64,000 nt of DNA from the NCBI RefSeq assembly GCF_046119375.1, contig NW_027362761.1:725214001-725278000 (forward strand). Reading direction: 5' to 3'. The DNA is from Phyllobates terribilis. Its lineage: Eukaryota. Below are positions 33,412-46,800 of this stretch, one piece after another. Each line of letters begins with the position of its first letter. Position 1 is the stretch's first letter. The notes beneath the pieces were generated by a model. That model was not told the origin of the DNA. It was given only the letters and a program-made list of their open reading frames with translations, and searched no databases. The translations under genes were made by a program, and so were the position numbers.

Positions 33412-34839
33412 TAGGTAATTTGGGAAAATCTGCGAAAATATTATTTGCATAATAATTTGGAACACAGTGTAGATATTTAATTATGCCATATTTTTGCCAT
33501 TTAGTGATAATTTCACCACTGACATTAAATTGTGATTTTTTTTTATAATCTTCAAGTACACTTACTACATTCCCTTCATAACATCTTGACATCACTTATA
33601 CTTGCCACTCTTCCCACTACACTTTATATTACACATTGTTATATTCCCCAACAACAGGTTAATCTATTATTAGTAAGTTCTCGTTAATCTTCCCATTCCT
33701 ACATATTTCCTATGCTACTTGTCCATTTTAATTCATTTGCCCCGCTCTTTGATGCCCTCTTCCTACGTTGGGATTGTGCGCATGCGCCGCTTTCTGCCTC
33801 TTCGGGACTTGCAATGACACTCATCACATGACCCACTTGCGTTCCATGCGTTCGGGTCATTGAGCACCAGAAGGAAGATCCCTGTGTGTGTGAGGAGCGG
33901 ACTGTGACGACATGCGCCTACCACATCCCATGGGCGTTGATCTCTCCAGCACTGCTATTGGCCACTTTTCACATAAATATACCAGTCACCCCTCACCTTG
34001 ATATGTCCCTGGGAGAAGTTGGAGGTGAAACGCACGTCGGGGTGAGGGGACGCCGTGGTGACCCATCATTTTTCTCCAGGACCTGCATCCATAGGCCTTC
34101 ATTACAGGTATAGTTTGCTACTCCATCGCCATTTTATATTTATTACAGTCTCAGCATCTATTATTCCTTTCTGGTAGCACTACTTGCCCCTATTTATATG
34201 GACACTGTTCCTCTCTACCACTACATTCTTCATAGCAAGTACTTGATAGCTTTTTTATATACCTAGGGTTTATCTTGGCCACCTACATAGATGCACTTAT
34301 ATTTATACTTACCTTCTCTTTGATGAATTATGGCTAATTTAGCTTCATATAGGTGCATAGCATCTTAAGGTCCTGTTGAGATGTGACATTATTATATTGG
34401 TATATAGATTTTCCACCTGCATTCATTATTGTTTCCACTGTGTCCCCTGTAGGACATTTTTGCCTTTTTATTGTATTTTTAATTGTATGTAAAAAAGGTT
34501 TTGTTTTATTATGGATCGCTTCTGGGTATGGACTTATTGAAGTCTGTTCTTTTGAGTTAAATTTCAAAAGGAAATGCTGTCTGGATAAATTGTGGTTTTC
34601 CTGTGCTGCTGGTATATTCATAAGGAGAAGCTTGTAGGCGATGAATTCATGAAAGGATTGTTTATTAATAGGTTACAAAGTCAATGCATTTGGAAGGTAC
34701 CACAATTTATCTGGACAGCTGTCCCTACACTAAGCAGAGCAGAATAGCGGCGCACCCATGATCCGGCAATTATACAGTCTGGGTCACATGGTGCACTGGC
34801 CAATCACAACCATGGCAACAATTGGCATATTGAATACTG

Positions 34840-36589
34840 AAATTAAAAACACAGTTATACTCACCTAACACCTAATCCCTGAAGCCATTGTTCCCTGTAA
34901 AAAAAAAACACCATAATACTCATACAATCCATACTGTCCCATGATGATCGGATCACTTCTAGAGCAGTCACATCAGCAGATGTGATTGTTCGACCCAGTA
35001 GCCGGCTACTCACTGACAGGAGCGTAATCGCTCTCGCAGTTTATAGCGATGAGCTGCGATGAGAGGGTTCACAGGAGTTTATCAGCTGATGAGCTCCGGT
35101 GACCTCAATTATGGCACCACCGTTGCGTGAGAAAATTCCCAAGCAGCGCCTGTGCAGTAAGTGAGGTCACAGGAGTTCAGCTGATGAACTCCTGTGAACT
35201 CTCTCACGGCAGCTCAGCGCTACACACTGCCTGTGTCAGTGTGCAGTTGGCTGTTGTGTAGAGCAGTCACATCTGCTGGTTTGACTGCTCTACAAGTGAG
35301 ATCGTCGTGGTACACTGTGGATTATTTCATCACTTTGGACAGGTGAGGGATATTGTTGTTTTTTATTTTTATTTTTTTTACAGGTTACAAAGGCTTATGG
35401 GATTAAGCATTAGATGAGTATAAATTAGCTTTTTTATTTTATGTTTTTTACAGCGTAGAATGGCTTCAGGGATTAGGTGTTAGGTGAGTATAACTCTGTT
35501 TTTTATTTTTAAATAAAACTGTAAAACTGTGTGTACTTTTTATTTCAAATGAAGGATTTTTTATATGCCGTGTCTTTATTTACAAACTTTTACTATGGGG
35601 TTAGGAATGGGGGTGACTTATAGACACCTCTCCATTACTTACCCCTGGGCTTCATGTCAGTTGTCAATGAAACGTCAATGGCTGACATGAACCCCAACCC
35701 TATTAACCCACTTGCCACCGCACAAGGGCAAGTGGGAAAAGCCGAGGCTAAGCGTCTGATTTGGCGCATCTGATTGATACGCCATTTCTGGGGAGGCTGA
35801 GGGTTGATGTTATTAGCCTCGGAATGGGGCTAGTATCCATGGCACCTTCCAGAGCTATTAATATCAGCCCATAGCTGTCTGGTTAGCCTTTGCTGATTAG
35901 ATTTTTATAGGGGGACCCTACAACAATTTTTTTCTGTGGTTCCCCTGTAAAGGCTACACAAACAGCTGTGAGATGTTATTAATAGCCAGGGAACATTTTG
36001 ACATAATGGCCCCTTCCTAGGTTATTAATAGCAGCCCACAGCTGTCTCTTTAGCCTTTGCTGGTTAGAATTTATAGGGGTCCCTACGTATTTTTTTACAA
36101 GGGACAATGGTTTCAGGGATTAGGTGCTAGCTGAGTATAACTGTGTTTTTTATTTTTATTTCAATATTTATTGATTTTAACTTTTTTTTTACTTTGAGCA
36201 CAGGCGCCGGCTGATGACTACTTCCATCAGCAGCGCCTGCTCTTGCTGTAATCAGTGACAGCAGGTGTAGGCTGATGGGAGTAGTAGTACTCTCATCAGC
36301 CGACACCTGTGACCAGTGGTAAGCTTTTACCATGGGTCATAGCTGCGGGATCACACTGACATATGACAGCATGATCCCGCAGCGATCTAACTGGCGGTAA
36401 CGATGTTACCGCCGATCAGCGCCCTTGTTTCCCGCAGATGACAGCGTGGGAAACACCCAATGTTCGGGGTGCCGAACCTGAACAGTAACACGGACTTCCT
36501 GAGGAAGTCTGTGTTCGGTCTCTGTGCCTGACCACTAGGTGCTTGGTAGAGACCCCGAAATCTTTACTGTTCGGGTTCACCCATCTCTA
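34840..36589. mobile_element. Non-autonomous hAT-type element fragment with internal inverted arms
   Basis: Right end GTTCACCCATCTCTA resembles the hAT TIR; arm 34840-34905 is inverted relative to 35455-35520 and 36095-36160. Confidence 0.55.
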
Positions 36590-36678
36590 CCAGGAACCCA
36601 TTATCCTACTGTAATCATCTTTAATTATACCAGCGCATAGCAGTACCCTACCTCCACTCGCGTGTTTTAAGCTCACCA

Positions 36679-38354
36679 TGTGTTGTCTGAGCATTGTCAC
36701 GCCCATGGAAGACCCCGGGTCTTCACTTTTTAGTGGCAACGGTGGGATACTACTCAACTCAGCAGATCTGGGGGAGCTGCAGTGGACTGGTGTTCGCACA
36801 CACCGTCCAAAGGGATCCACAACCAGGGAGGCATGTAGACAGACCCAGCAGACCACATGTGAGGCAAACACAGCGGGTTTCGGATGCTACCATGTCCAAC
36901 ATCACCAGCTTTGCCTTGGGGAGGAGGATTGGAGAGGATATACAGCAGCAACAAGAAACAGCAAACACAGGAGCTGTGCCAGCTTCAACGGATTGAATAC
37001 CTGACCACCGACACTCATTGGATTTGATTCAGGAACCACAGGATGCTGAGGACAGCATGTGTGGACGCAATGGATACAAGTCTGATCTCGTCAATTACAT
37101 TTGGAGTTTAATGGCAAGGAAGATATGGAATATGCTCTGAGGAAACTAGATAATACAAAGTTTTGTTCTCATAAAGGAGAGACCTCTTACATTCGTGTCT
37201 GTGCTTAAAGACATGCTGATGAACTGTATCCAATAAGTGGAGAAAGATGATTGGGATCCTATCATGTCTGGCTAATTAAGATTGGGGGAGCAATGTGACA
37301 ATACAGCTTAAAATCTTAATAAACCAGATGATTAAATCAATAAAGCCAAGAGAAATACACTATTGTGTTAATGTTGACTTATAATTGTATGTGTATTTCT
37401 GTGGTTGGTCTACCATGTCCTACTATTTCTATACAACTGAATGTTGACTTATCTTCATTTGGAAAAAATGAATGTTTGCTAATTATGTTAATTAACCTTC
37501 ATGGACCCGGTGGCTTATTGACTCACAAGACAGGAGGACAAACTAAGCAAATTCATTAAATGCTCAAACAATGAGACATGAAGCCCTTTTCCCCCTTGCC
37601 CTGTGGATGTGTACTTAAAAAGGAGATATGCTTCTGTAGCAGTCAGACTTGGGACAGAGATTGAAAGAGACTTAAAACAGAGAATCAAGGAGAAGCAAGA
37701 CGACACTCAGACTCTCTGAGACCATCAGCTTGGAAGTATGGCTTTAACCAAAGAGACACAGATTTGGATTCTACATGATTCTATCCTAAGGGTATTTAGC
37801 CCAGACTGGAAAGATACGGATCTGCTTCATTGACTATCAGAGAGACCATGGATACATTTGAGGAGACCAGGTTGGGGCAATGAAGTCCCCTGGCCCCATG
37901 GATATGTTGTTTGGGGTTGCCAGGAGGGACCCACCAGTCACCTGGAATCCATGGAGACATTCAGAGAAGCTAGATTGGGACCAGCTGGTCATCTGGCCCC
38001 TAGGAAACTCAGAGGCCAGGGTGGGAACCTCGGGTCTCCTGGCCTTGTGCCTCGATGGACTGCTAGCTTCTTATGCTTGCCACTACCTTCTCTGTGTGGG
38101 GGCCCGCCAGAAGCAGGGGGCCACTGGTTGACGTAGCTGGCCCTGGAAGTCCCAAAGTCACAGCTGTTCTATCCCAGGCGGGCAGAGCAGAAGGGTGAGA
38201 CTGTGTAATGTTGTACCATCTTGGATATTTTCTGGGACTGTTCTATGTGTTTATTGTCGGCTTTGTGGTTCAATAAAGTATTGCCACGCTGTTTTACCCT
38301 CACCCTGTGTTGTCTGAGTAGTGTTACGCCCACAGAAGACCCTGGGTCTTCACA
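36679..38354 (+). mobile_element. Internally deleted LTR retroelement: 5' LTR stub, tRNA-Leu PBS, short internal remnant, PPT, 3' LTR (37294-38354)
   Basis: 36679-36726 matches the LTR end at 38308-38354; TAGTGGCAACGGTGGGAT (36731-36748) matches the tRNA-Leu PBS TGGTGGCAGCGGTGGGAT at 16/18; TTGGGGGAGCAA precedes TGTGACA. Confidence 0.8.
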
Positions 38355-39065
38355 ATTATATTTGGTATGGGTTTTTTTGACATGAAGAAAAAACTGGCAT
38401 TTTAACAGGGTCTCCCTCTCTGGTGATTGACAGCACTGGCTTGCCTGGATTGAGAATTGTCTGCAGTGTCTGTTTATACACACATTTAATATTTTATGTA
38501 TTGTCTTTTCATGTGCTTACTATCTATTTAATAAATATTTGTTATATTTTTATACCTAAAAACTCCCTGTGTCTCTTATGGTATTCAAAACATAAGCAAG
38601 ACAGCACTGTCAATCACTAGTGAGGGAGGCGGTGGCATGCAAAACCAGTGAGTGGGAACAGTGCACTAAGCCTCTTGGCCACCAAAATTATGCACTAAGC
38701 ACACCAAATTAGCATATTTTATTAAACTCCATTTTTTGCAGAATAGAGACTGCAATTAGAACACTAAAGGTGCAATTTTTGTAGGGTCTATATCCCCTAC
38801 ATGGCTATGTGCTTAGGTTATGCTGTCAGGTTGGGCTAATAGCTTTAATAGATCAAGTACATTGCTAAGCAGAGGATCAGGTGCAGCAGCTACTTCCATA
38901 CCAAGAAAAAGCCTGTTATAAACATATTGTCATTTGTACAACCAACACACAAGTCCCTAATAATATTAGAGAGATAATAGAAAGATATCTTTTTTACTTT
39001 AGTATAAAACAAATTGTTGTTCTATCACTGCACATAGAAAAGAGAGTGTTGGGATAAACAATGTA

Positions 39066-40691
39066 CAGTAGCATGTAAAAGTTTGGGCACCCCTGGTCAA
39101 AGTTAGTGTTATTGTGAACAGTTAAGCAAGTTGAAGATGAAATGATCTCTAAATGGCCTGAAGTTAAAGATAACAGATTTCCTTTGTATTTTAGGCAAAA
39201 AATATATATTTTTTAATCTTTTACATTTTAAAAATGACGAAAAAGGAAAATGGACCAATGCAAAAGTTTGGGCATCCTGCATGGTTAGTGCCTAGTAGCA
39301 CCCTCTTTTGAAAGTATCGCAGCTTGTAAAAGCTTTTTGTAGCAAGACAAGAGTCTTTCAATTCTTGTTTGAGGGATTTTCATCCATTCTTCCTTGGAAA
39401 ATCCTTCCAGTTCTGTGAGATTCCTGGGTCGTCTTGCATGCACTGCTATTTTGAGGTCTAGCCACAGATTTTCATTGATGTTCAGAAGAGGGGACTGTGA
39501 GGGCCATTGTAAAACCTTCAGATTGCACCTTTTGAGGTAGCCTATTGTGGATTTTGATGTTTGTTTAGGATCATTAACCATTTGTAGAAGCCATCCTCTT
39601 TTCAACTTCAGCTTTTTTACAGATGGTGTTATGTTTGCATCAAGAATTTGTTGAAATTTCATTGAATCCATTGTTCCCTCTACCTGTGAAATGTCCCCTG
39701 TACCATCGGCTGCAACACAACCCCAAAGCATGACTGATCCACCCCCATGCTTAATAGTTGGCGAGATGTTATTTTCCTGAAATTTGGTGGCCTTTTTTCT
39801 CCACACATACCTTTGATCATTGTGGCCAAAGACTTCTATTTTAACCTTTTCGGTCGACAGAACTTGTTTCCAAAATGTATCAGGCTTGTTTAGATGTTCT
39901 TTTGCATACTTCTGATGCTGAATTTTATGGTGAGGCTGCAGGAGAGGTTTTCTTCTGATGACTCTTCCATGAAGGTCATATTTGTGCAGGTGTCTCTGAA
40001 CAGTAGAACAATGAACCACAAAGCTAGAGTCTGCTAAATCTTTCTGTAGGTCTTTTGAGGTCAAGCGGGGGTTCTGATTTGCCTCTCTAGCAATCGTACA
40101 AAGAGCTCTCACTGAAATTTTTCTTGGTCTTCCGGACCTTATCTTGACCTTCACTGTTCCTGTTAACTGACATTTCTTAATTACATTTCAAATTGAGGAA
40201 AGGGCAACTTGAAAACACTTTGCTATCTTCTTATAGCCTTCTCCTGCTTTATGGGCCTCCACCATTTTCATTTTCCGAGTGCTAGGCAGCTGCTTAGAAG
40301 AACCCATGGCTGCTGTTTTTTTGGCATAAAGTTAGAGGAGGCTTGGTTTTTACAAAGCTGGGAAATTTTCATCACCTGGCATTTCCTAACGATGGTAGTG
40401 AACAAGCCATAACCCTAACAGGCTAATTAAGGTCTGAAACCTTGGTCAAAATTATCAAAGCACACAAATCTTCAAGGGTGCCCAAACTTTTGCATAGGCC
40501 CATTTCCCTTATTGTAATTTTTTAAAATGAAAAAAAAAATATATATATATATATTTATTTGCCTAAAATACAACTGAAATATGTCATCTTTAACAATATG
40601 CCTTTTAGAGATCATTTCATTTTCAACTTGCTTAACTGTTCACATTAACAGTGATTTTGACCAGGGGTGCCCAAACTTTTACATGCCACTG
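39066..40691 (-). mobile_element. Tc1 transposon (DD34E-type), decayed
   Basis: TA|CAGTAGCATGTAAAAGTTTGGGCACCCCTGGTCAAA and its reverse complement at the right end plus TA; ORF 39285-40154 with KHGGGSVMLWGC and mutated catalytic motifs. Confidence 0.92.
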
Positions 40692-40697
40692 TATATA

Positions 40698-42142
40698 CAG
40701 TGGAGAAAATAAGTATTTAATACACTGCCCATTTTGCAAGTTTTCCCACCTACAAAGAATGGAGAGGTCTGTAATTTTTATCATAGTACACTTCACAGTA
40801 AGAGACAGAATGTAAAAATTAAAAAAAAAAAAACACAGAAAATCACATTGTATAATTTTTAAATAATTAAATTGCATTTTATTGCATGACATAAATATCT
40901 GATCACCTACCAACCAGAAAGGATTCTGGATCTCACAGACCTGTTAGTTTTTCTTTAAGAAGCCCTCCTTCTCTGCACTCATTACCTGAATTAATTGCAC
41001 CTCTTTGAACTCTTTACCTGTATAAACGACACCTGTCCACAAACTCAATCACACTCCAACCTCTCCACCATGGTCAAGAGCAAAGAGCTGTCTAAGGACA
41101 CCAGTGACAAAATTGTAGAACTGCCCAAAGCTGGGATGGGCTACAGGATAATAGGCCAGCAGCTTGGTGAGAAGGCAACAACTGTTGGCGCAATTATTAT
41201 AAAATGGAAGAAACACAAGATGACTGTCAATTTTCATCGGTCTGGGGCTCCATGCAGGATCTCGCCTCGTGGGGTGAGGATGACCACACAAGGATGCCAG
41301 CACATGTCCAGGCCCATTTGAAGCTCACCAATGACCATTTGGATGATCCAGAGGAGACATGGGAGAAGGTCATGTGGTAAGATGAGACCAAAATAGAACT
41401 TTTTGGTATCAACTCTGCTCTCCGTGTTTGGAAGAAGAAGGATGAGTACAACCCCAAGAACACCATCCCAACCGTGAAGCATGATGGGGGAAACATCATA
41501 CTTTGGGGGTGCTTTTCTGCAAGAGGGAGAGGATGACTGCACCGTATTGAAGGGAAGATGGATGGGGTCATATATCACAAGATTTTGGCCAACGATCTCC
41601 TTCTCTCAGTAAGATCATTGAAGATGGGTCATGGCTGGGTCTTCCAGCATGACAATAATCCAAAACACACAGCCAGGGCAACAAAGGAGTGGCTCTGTAA
41701 GAAGCATTTGAAGGTCCTGGAGTGGTCTACTCAGTCTCCAGACCTGAACCCAATAGAAAATATTTGGAGGGAGCTGAAACTCAATGATGCCCAGCAACAG
41801 CCTGGAAATTTGAAAGATCTGGAGAAGATAAGTTTGGAGGAGTGGGCCAAAATCCCTGCTGCAACTTGGTCAACAACTATAGGAAACGTCTGACCTCTGT
41901 AATTGCAAACAAAGATTTCTGTACCAAATATTAAGTTCTGTTTTTCTATTGAATCAAATACTTATTTCATGCAACAAAAATACAAATGAATTACGTGAAA
42001 ATCATACAATGTGATTTTCTGATTTTTTTTAAGACTCTGTCTCTCACAGTTGAAGTGTACCTAGGATAAAAATTAGAGTTTTCCATTCATTGCAAGTGGG
42101 AAAACTTGAAAAAAGTGTTTCAAATACTTAATTTCCCCACTG
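40698..42142 (+). mobile_element. Tc1 transposon (DD34E-type), internally deleted and decayed
   Basis: TA|CAGTGGAGAAAATAAGTATTT...AAATACTTAATTTCCCCACTG|TA; fragments [29 protein letters not shown]. Confidence 0.9.
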
Positions 42143-42289
42143 TACATATATTTGTTGACTATGGAACTGCCAGACAAATTCATTAAAATGCTGGAGTTGT
42201 ATTCAAATATGGAAGCTAACCTAAAATAACAATCTGGATAAAATGCACTGAATTGTCATTGGAATTTTCAATAAACTTAGGCTGATTTA

Positions 42290-42530
42290 ATGGCCAATTT
42301 TATTATTACCAAAATTGGGGTACTGCTATGGGCTGTTATTATTAAAGATGAGCTAGTTGGAACTTTTCAGACTGAAGGTGAACTCAAAATCAACTACCAA
42401 ACCTACTTACAGTTTATAGAAAACACTCTCTTCAAACAGTGGTACAGGAAAAAGTCTGCATGTTTCAAGAAAACTATGATTTTTATGCAGGATAATGCTC
42501 TATTGCATGCGTCAAAGTACTCTTCTGGAT
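42290..42530 (+). pseudogene. Tc1/mariner transposase fragment of a different subfamily
   Basis: LLWAVIIKDELVG..KINYQTY.QFIE..FKQWYRKKS..MIFMQDNA..H catalytic-domain segment. Confidence 0.7.
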
Positions 42531-42976
42531 TTGATCAACATTAATGGTGTTCTCAATGCTGAGAAAAACATGCAGATACTTATCCATCATGAAATACCAT
42601 CGAGGAGGCATCGGATTGTCTCTAAATTATTTCGGCAATAGGAAATCAATTCAAAACATACTGTACATGCATTGTCATTAAGAACTATCTTCAGCATTAA
42701 GAAGAACAAGTAGTCCTAGAAGTAATCATATAGCCCCACAAAGCCCTGATCTCAACTTAATCTAACCTAGATTATCTAAGATTACTTGAAGGGACAGAGC
42801 GATTTTGTATAAGTCAACATCCATGTAACATCTGTGGTTAGTGTTTGGAGCAACCTCCCTGCCGAGTTCCTTCAAAAGCTGTGTGCAGGTGTACAAGAAG
42901 AATTGATGCTTTGATTCTGTTTTGAAGGCTACGGGTGGTCATAGACAAATCCCGAGATACTGCAGGCCATAGTAAC

Positions 42977-44161
42977 TGTAGCGTCGGCGTCCCTGCCCTC
43001 TGCTAGGCAGGGACGCTGTTCCCCTCACCTCTGCTAGGCAGGGACGCTGTTCCCCTCACCTCTCTGCTCCGAGCCTGGCGTCCTCCTCCCGCTCTGCTGG
43101 CAGCGCGCGCTCCTTCCCGGCCACTGTGCTTAGGGCGCGCGCGCGCTTCCTCCCTCTTAAAGGGGCCGCGCGCGCCGTCCTAAGGAGTCCCCGGCCAATG
43201 GCCGGAGGACTTTACCATATATAAGGCACCTCCTCCAAAATGGAGGTGCCCGAGCAATGTTGTTGCACTGTTCACTACTCTGCTTCAGCCCTCAGGTCCC
43301 GTTGCCAGTTACCTGCCAGATACTTGCCAGATACTTGCCAGATTCCTGCCAGATTCCTGCCAGCCTGATATTCAACTACCTGCCTGCTAGCCTGAGGTCC
43401 GACGGTCTGCCTTACTACTCCTGTCAGTCTGTCTAAGGACCAGCCTGTCCGCTCACCTGGGAGCGCACTTCAGCCACCTGCCTGCTTGCCTGAGGTCCGA
43501 CGGTCTGCCTTCCAACTCCTGTCAGTCTGTCTATGGACCAGCTTGCCTGCTCACCTGGGAGCACACATCTGCTACCTGCCTGCTAGCCTACCTGGAGGCT
43601 CCGCCGTCACGTGCTGTGACCACCTGCCTGTCCAGTGACTCCTGCCCGCTCACCTGGGAGCGCTCATCTGCTGCCTGTCTGCTAGCCTACCTGGAGGCTC
43701 TGCCGTCACGTGCTGTGACCACCCGCCTGTCCAGAGACTTCTGCCCGCTCACCTGGGAGCGCTCATCTGCCGCCTGTCTGTTGGTCTTCCTGGAGGCTCC
43801 GCCGTCACATGCTGTGACCACCCGTTCATCCAGAGACTCTCGCCTGCTCACCTGGGAGCTCACGTCTATCATCAGCCGCCACAGGTTGTACCAACCCTTT
43901 ACCCAGAGACTGCCCCGGTCACTTGCCGTGACCATCTGCCCGTTCATCCAGAGACTGCCCCGGTCACTTGGAGTGACCATCTGCCCGTTCATCCAGAGAC
44001 TGCCCCGGTCACTTGCCGTGACCTCCAGCCCGTTCACTCAGAGACTGTCCCGGTCACCTGCTGTGACTCCCTGCCCGTCTTCCCTGGTCGCCACCCGCTC
44101 CCTTACAAGGACAGCCCCCTTGTATAGTAGCTCAGAGGTTCCGCCTCCCAGACCCGTTACA
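42977..44161 (+). mobile_element. Solo LTR of the sushi-type family
   Basis: TGTAGC...GTTACA, perfect TSD GTAAC (42972-42976, 44162-44166); same TATA, hairpin and GCCCGAGCAA block as the LTRs at 1836 and 6812. Confidence 0.93.
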
Positions 44162-44583
44162 GTAACACATTTAAGCCACATATGTTGCTCACAGTAGCAT
44201 GAGCAACATGTGGCCTTATGTTGTCGTGTTGAGAAATGGCTCCTGGAATATGTTCATATTCCTTTGTGAAGGTCTCTTTATGGTATTGCTCACATTGTCT
44301 CCAAACCGATCTTCAACTATAATTGCATTCAAGACAAAAGTGAGACTCATTGCTGAAGAGGATAAACCTCCATTGCTGCCTCAGCAGTGTCGTTAGGTCA
44401 ATGAAACACCTGTAGCTGGATGTTTTGCTAATAGTCCAATGTCATGCAACTACATTTTGATGGTTTGTGTAGACAATGTTTGATGCCTTAGGCTTGGTAT
44501 GTGACTTCTAATTCCATTTGCAGCACAGAATGGATTACTTTGTGCTAATCTTCGAATATAAGATGAACAACATGAAGAGATAT

Positions 44584-46333
44584 TGTAACATCCCTGGCGG
44601 CGTGCTTACATGGTGCACCACCTCCCACCATGCAAGACCGCAATCTTACCTGTCAGTCCAGGCCGCACACTTTGCTCCAGTACCTGCTGTGTCCATGTCT
44701 CTTATGATTGCTTAGGGCGTCGGCACGGTTTCTGCCTGTTTCTTATAGCTACTGTGTGCACAGTCCTAATGTGTCCCCAGCCTATTGCTGTGAGTCACTG
44801 GATACTTAAACCCCCTCCACCTAGTAGGAGGTGCCTGAGCAACACTTTCTTACAGTATGTTCTGTGCAACAGTGAGTTGCCAGATCCTGTCCTGACTCTA
44901 GTCTGTTTCCGCCACTCTGGGGGCTGAGTACCCAGGGCCGCTACCTGTATCTCTGACTTCTAGTCTGTTTCCGCCACCCTGGGGGCTGAGTTCCCAGGCT
45001 CGTTCCTGTATCTTGTTCCCGGTTCAGTTCCTGTCAGAACAGTGTCCTAGCCCATTACCTGTTTGTCTCTATGTCCGAACCTTCCCTTTTCCTGCAGTGT
45101 CTGAACCTGCACCTAACTCCAACTCGTTGTCTCTGTACTTCTGTTAGGGAGTTTTGTGTTCACTCGCTACTTCATTGTAAGTACCTTGTGTGTATCTGGT
45201 TCTGCTTGTTCTGTTTTCCCGCCTCTGTATTTACCCCCTGTGTTCTAGCTAGCTTCCTGTATTTTCATGTCTGTTCCATGTGAACAGAGCCCTGTCCTGT
45301 CTGCCTTTACCTTCCGCTCTGCTCTGCTTGTTTACCACACCTGCGGTTCCTGCTCCGCTCTGCTTGATCACCGCACCTGCGGTTTTGCTCCGCTCTACTT
45401 GTTCACTGCACCTGTGGTTTTTCTCCGCTCTGCTTGTTCACCGCACCTGTTGTTTTTCTCCACTCTGCTTGTTCACCGCACCTGCGGTTTTGCTCCACTC
45501 TGCTTGTTCACCGCACCTGCGGTTTTGCTCCGCTCTGCTTGTTCACCGCACCTACGGTTTTGCTCCGCTCTGCTTGTTCACCGCTCCAGCAGTTCCGCTC
45601 TGCTCCGCTTGTTTACCACACCTGCGGTTCCTGCTCCGCTCTGCTTGATCACCGCACCTGCGGTTTTGCTCCGCTCTACTTGTTCACTGCACCTGTGGTT
45701 TTTCTCCGCTCTGCTTGTTCACCGCACCTGCGGTTTTGCTCCGCTCTGCTTGTTCACCGCACCTGCGGTTTTGCTCCGCTCTGCTTGTTCACCGCACCTA
45801 CGGTTTTGCTCCGCTCTGCTTGTTCACCTCTCCTGCGGTTTTGCTCTGCTAGTCCACCGCACCTGCGGCTCTGTTCCTGTATCCCAGTCTGTACTGGTCC
45901 CCATCCAGCCTGCGTTCATACCTGCCAGTATCTGCCTGTCTGCATTCCAGCCGTGCCTGTCAGCACCCGCCTGTCTGCATACCAGCGGTGTCTGCCAGTA
46001 CCCACCTGCCTTCATACCAGCCGTGTCTGCTAAGTACCCACCTGCCGTCATACCAGCCGTGCCTGCCAGTACCCACCTGTCTGTATACCAGCTAACCTTC
46101 CTGCTCCTGCATTCCCCGGTGTGGGTCAACAGCTGTGACCGGAGTCTGACCTGGAGTAGCACCTGGTCCCTCTGCTCGGTTCCTCCCTGGTTCACGGAGT
46201 CGACTGAGCCGCCGTGTGACCTTGGTCGGACCGGGTTGATACTTAGTTACACCCCTCCAGGCACTCCTCAGTTCATGGTCCAGTGGGATCACTAATCACG
46301 CTCACGCTAGTCAGTCCGGGCGCGAGCGTAACA
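44584..46333 (+). mobile_element. Solo LTR (family B) with internal 35-bp VNTR
   Basis: TGTAACA...GTAACA, perfect TSD GATAT (44579-44583, 46334-46338); homologous to 7940-9781. Confidence 0.93.
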
Positions 46334-46338
46334 GATAT

Positions 46339-46760
46339 TCACAAGGAAATGTTACACTGGTCCTACACCCGAGATTATGTGTGGGATGGCATAATGTTCT
46401 GTAGCTGGACCCCTCTAGTCTTTATTCCAGGTACATTAAAAGTTCAGATTTACATTGATTTGGTCATAGAACCAGTGATACAGACATTTCTCCAAAGTGT
46501 CCCAGGAGCCATTTTCAACATGACAATGCCAGACCACATGTTAATTGTGAGCAGCCTGCATGACTTAAATGTGCTCCCTTGGTCAGCAGCTTCTTTGACT
46601 TGTCTCCCATTGAGCACATCATTGATCCACAATTGCAAAGGCAGTTGCCAGCACGGCATCTTGATAATTTGTGCTTGCAAGTATGTTCAGCAGCACATTC
46701 CTCAGCCAACCACAAACAACCTCATTGATAGTAAGTGCATGTAATTCTGCGTCTCGCTCA
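46339..46760 (+). pseudogene. Old Tc1 transposase remnant (an opposite-strand piece of the same family lies at about 44200-44460)
   Basis: VWDGIMF..TPLVFIPGTL..QIYIDLVIEPV..FLQSVPGAIF resembles a Tc1 catalytic domain. Confidence 0.6.
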
Positions 46761-46800
46761 TACGTGATAATGAATAATTCGAGATGCTTTGAAAATGATG

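Noticed and set aside
26516-36589. One 10-kb hAT element bounded by the TIR-like ends at 26516 and 36589
   Set aside because: No 8-bp TSD matches and the two ends differ; treated as separate elements.
45267-46295. 342-aa ORF with zinc-finger-like Cys/His spacing
   Set aside because: Translation of the 35-bp VNTR of the solo LTR cycling through frames.
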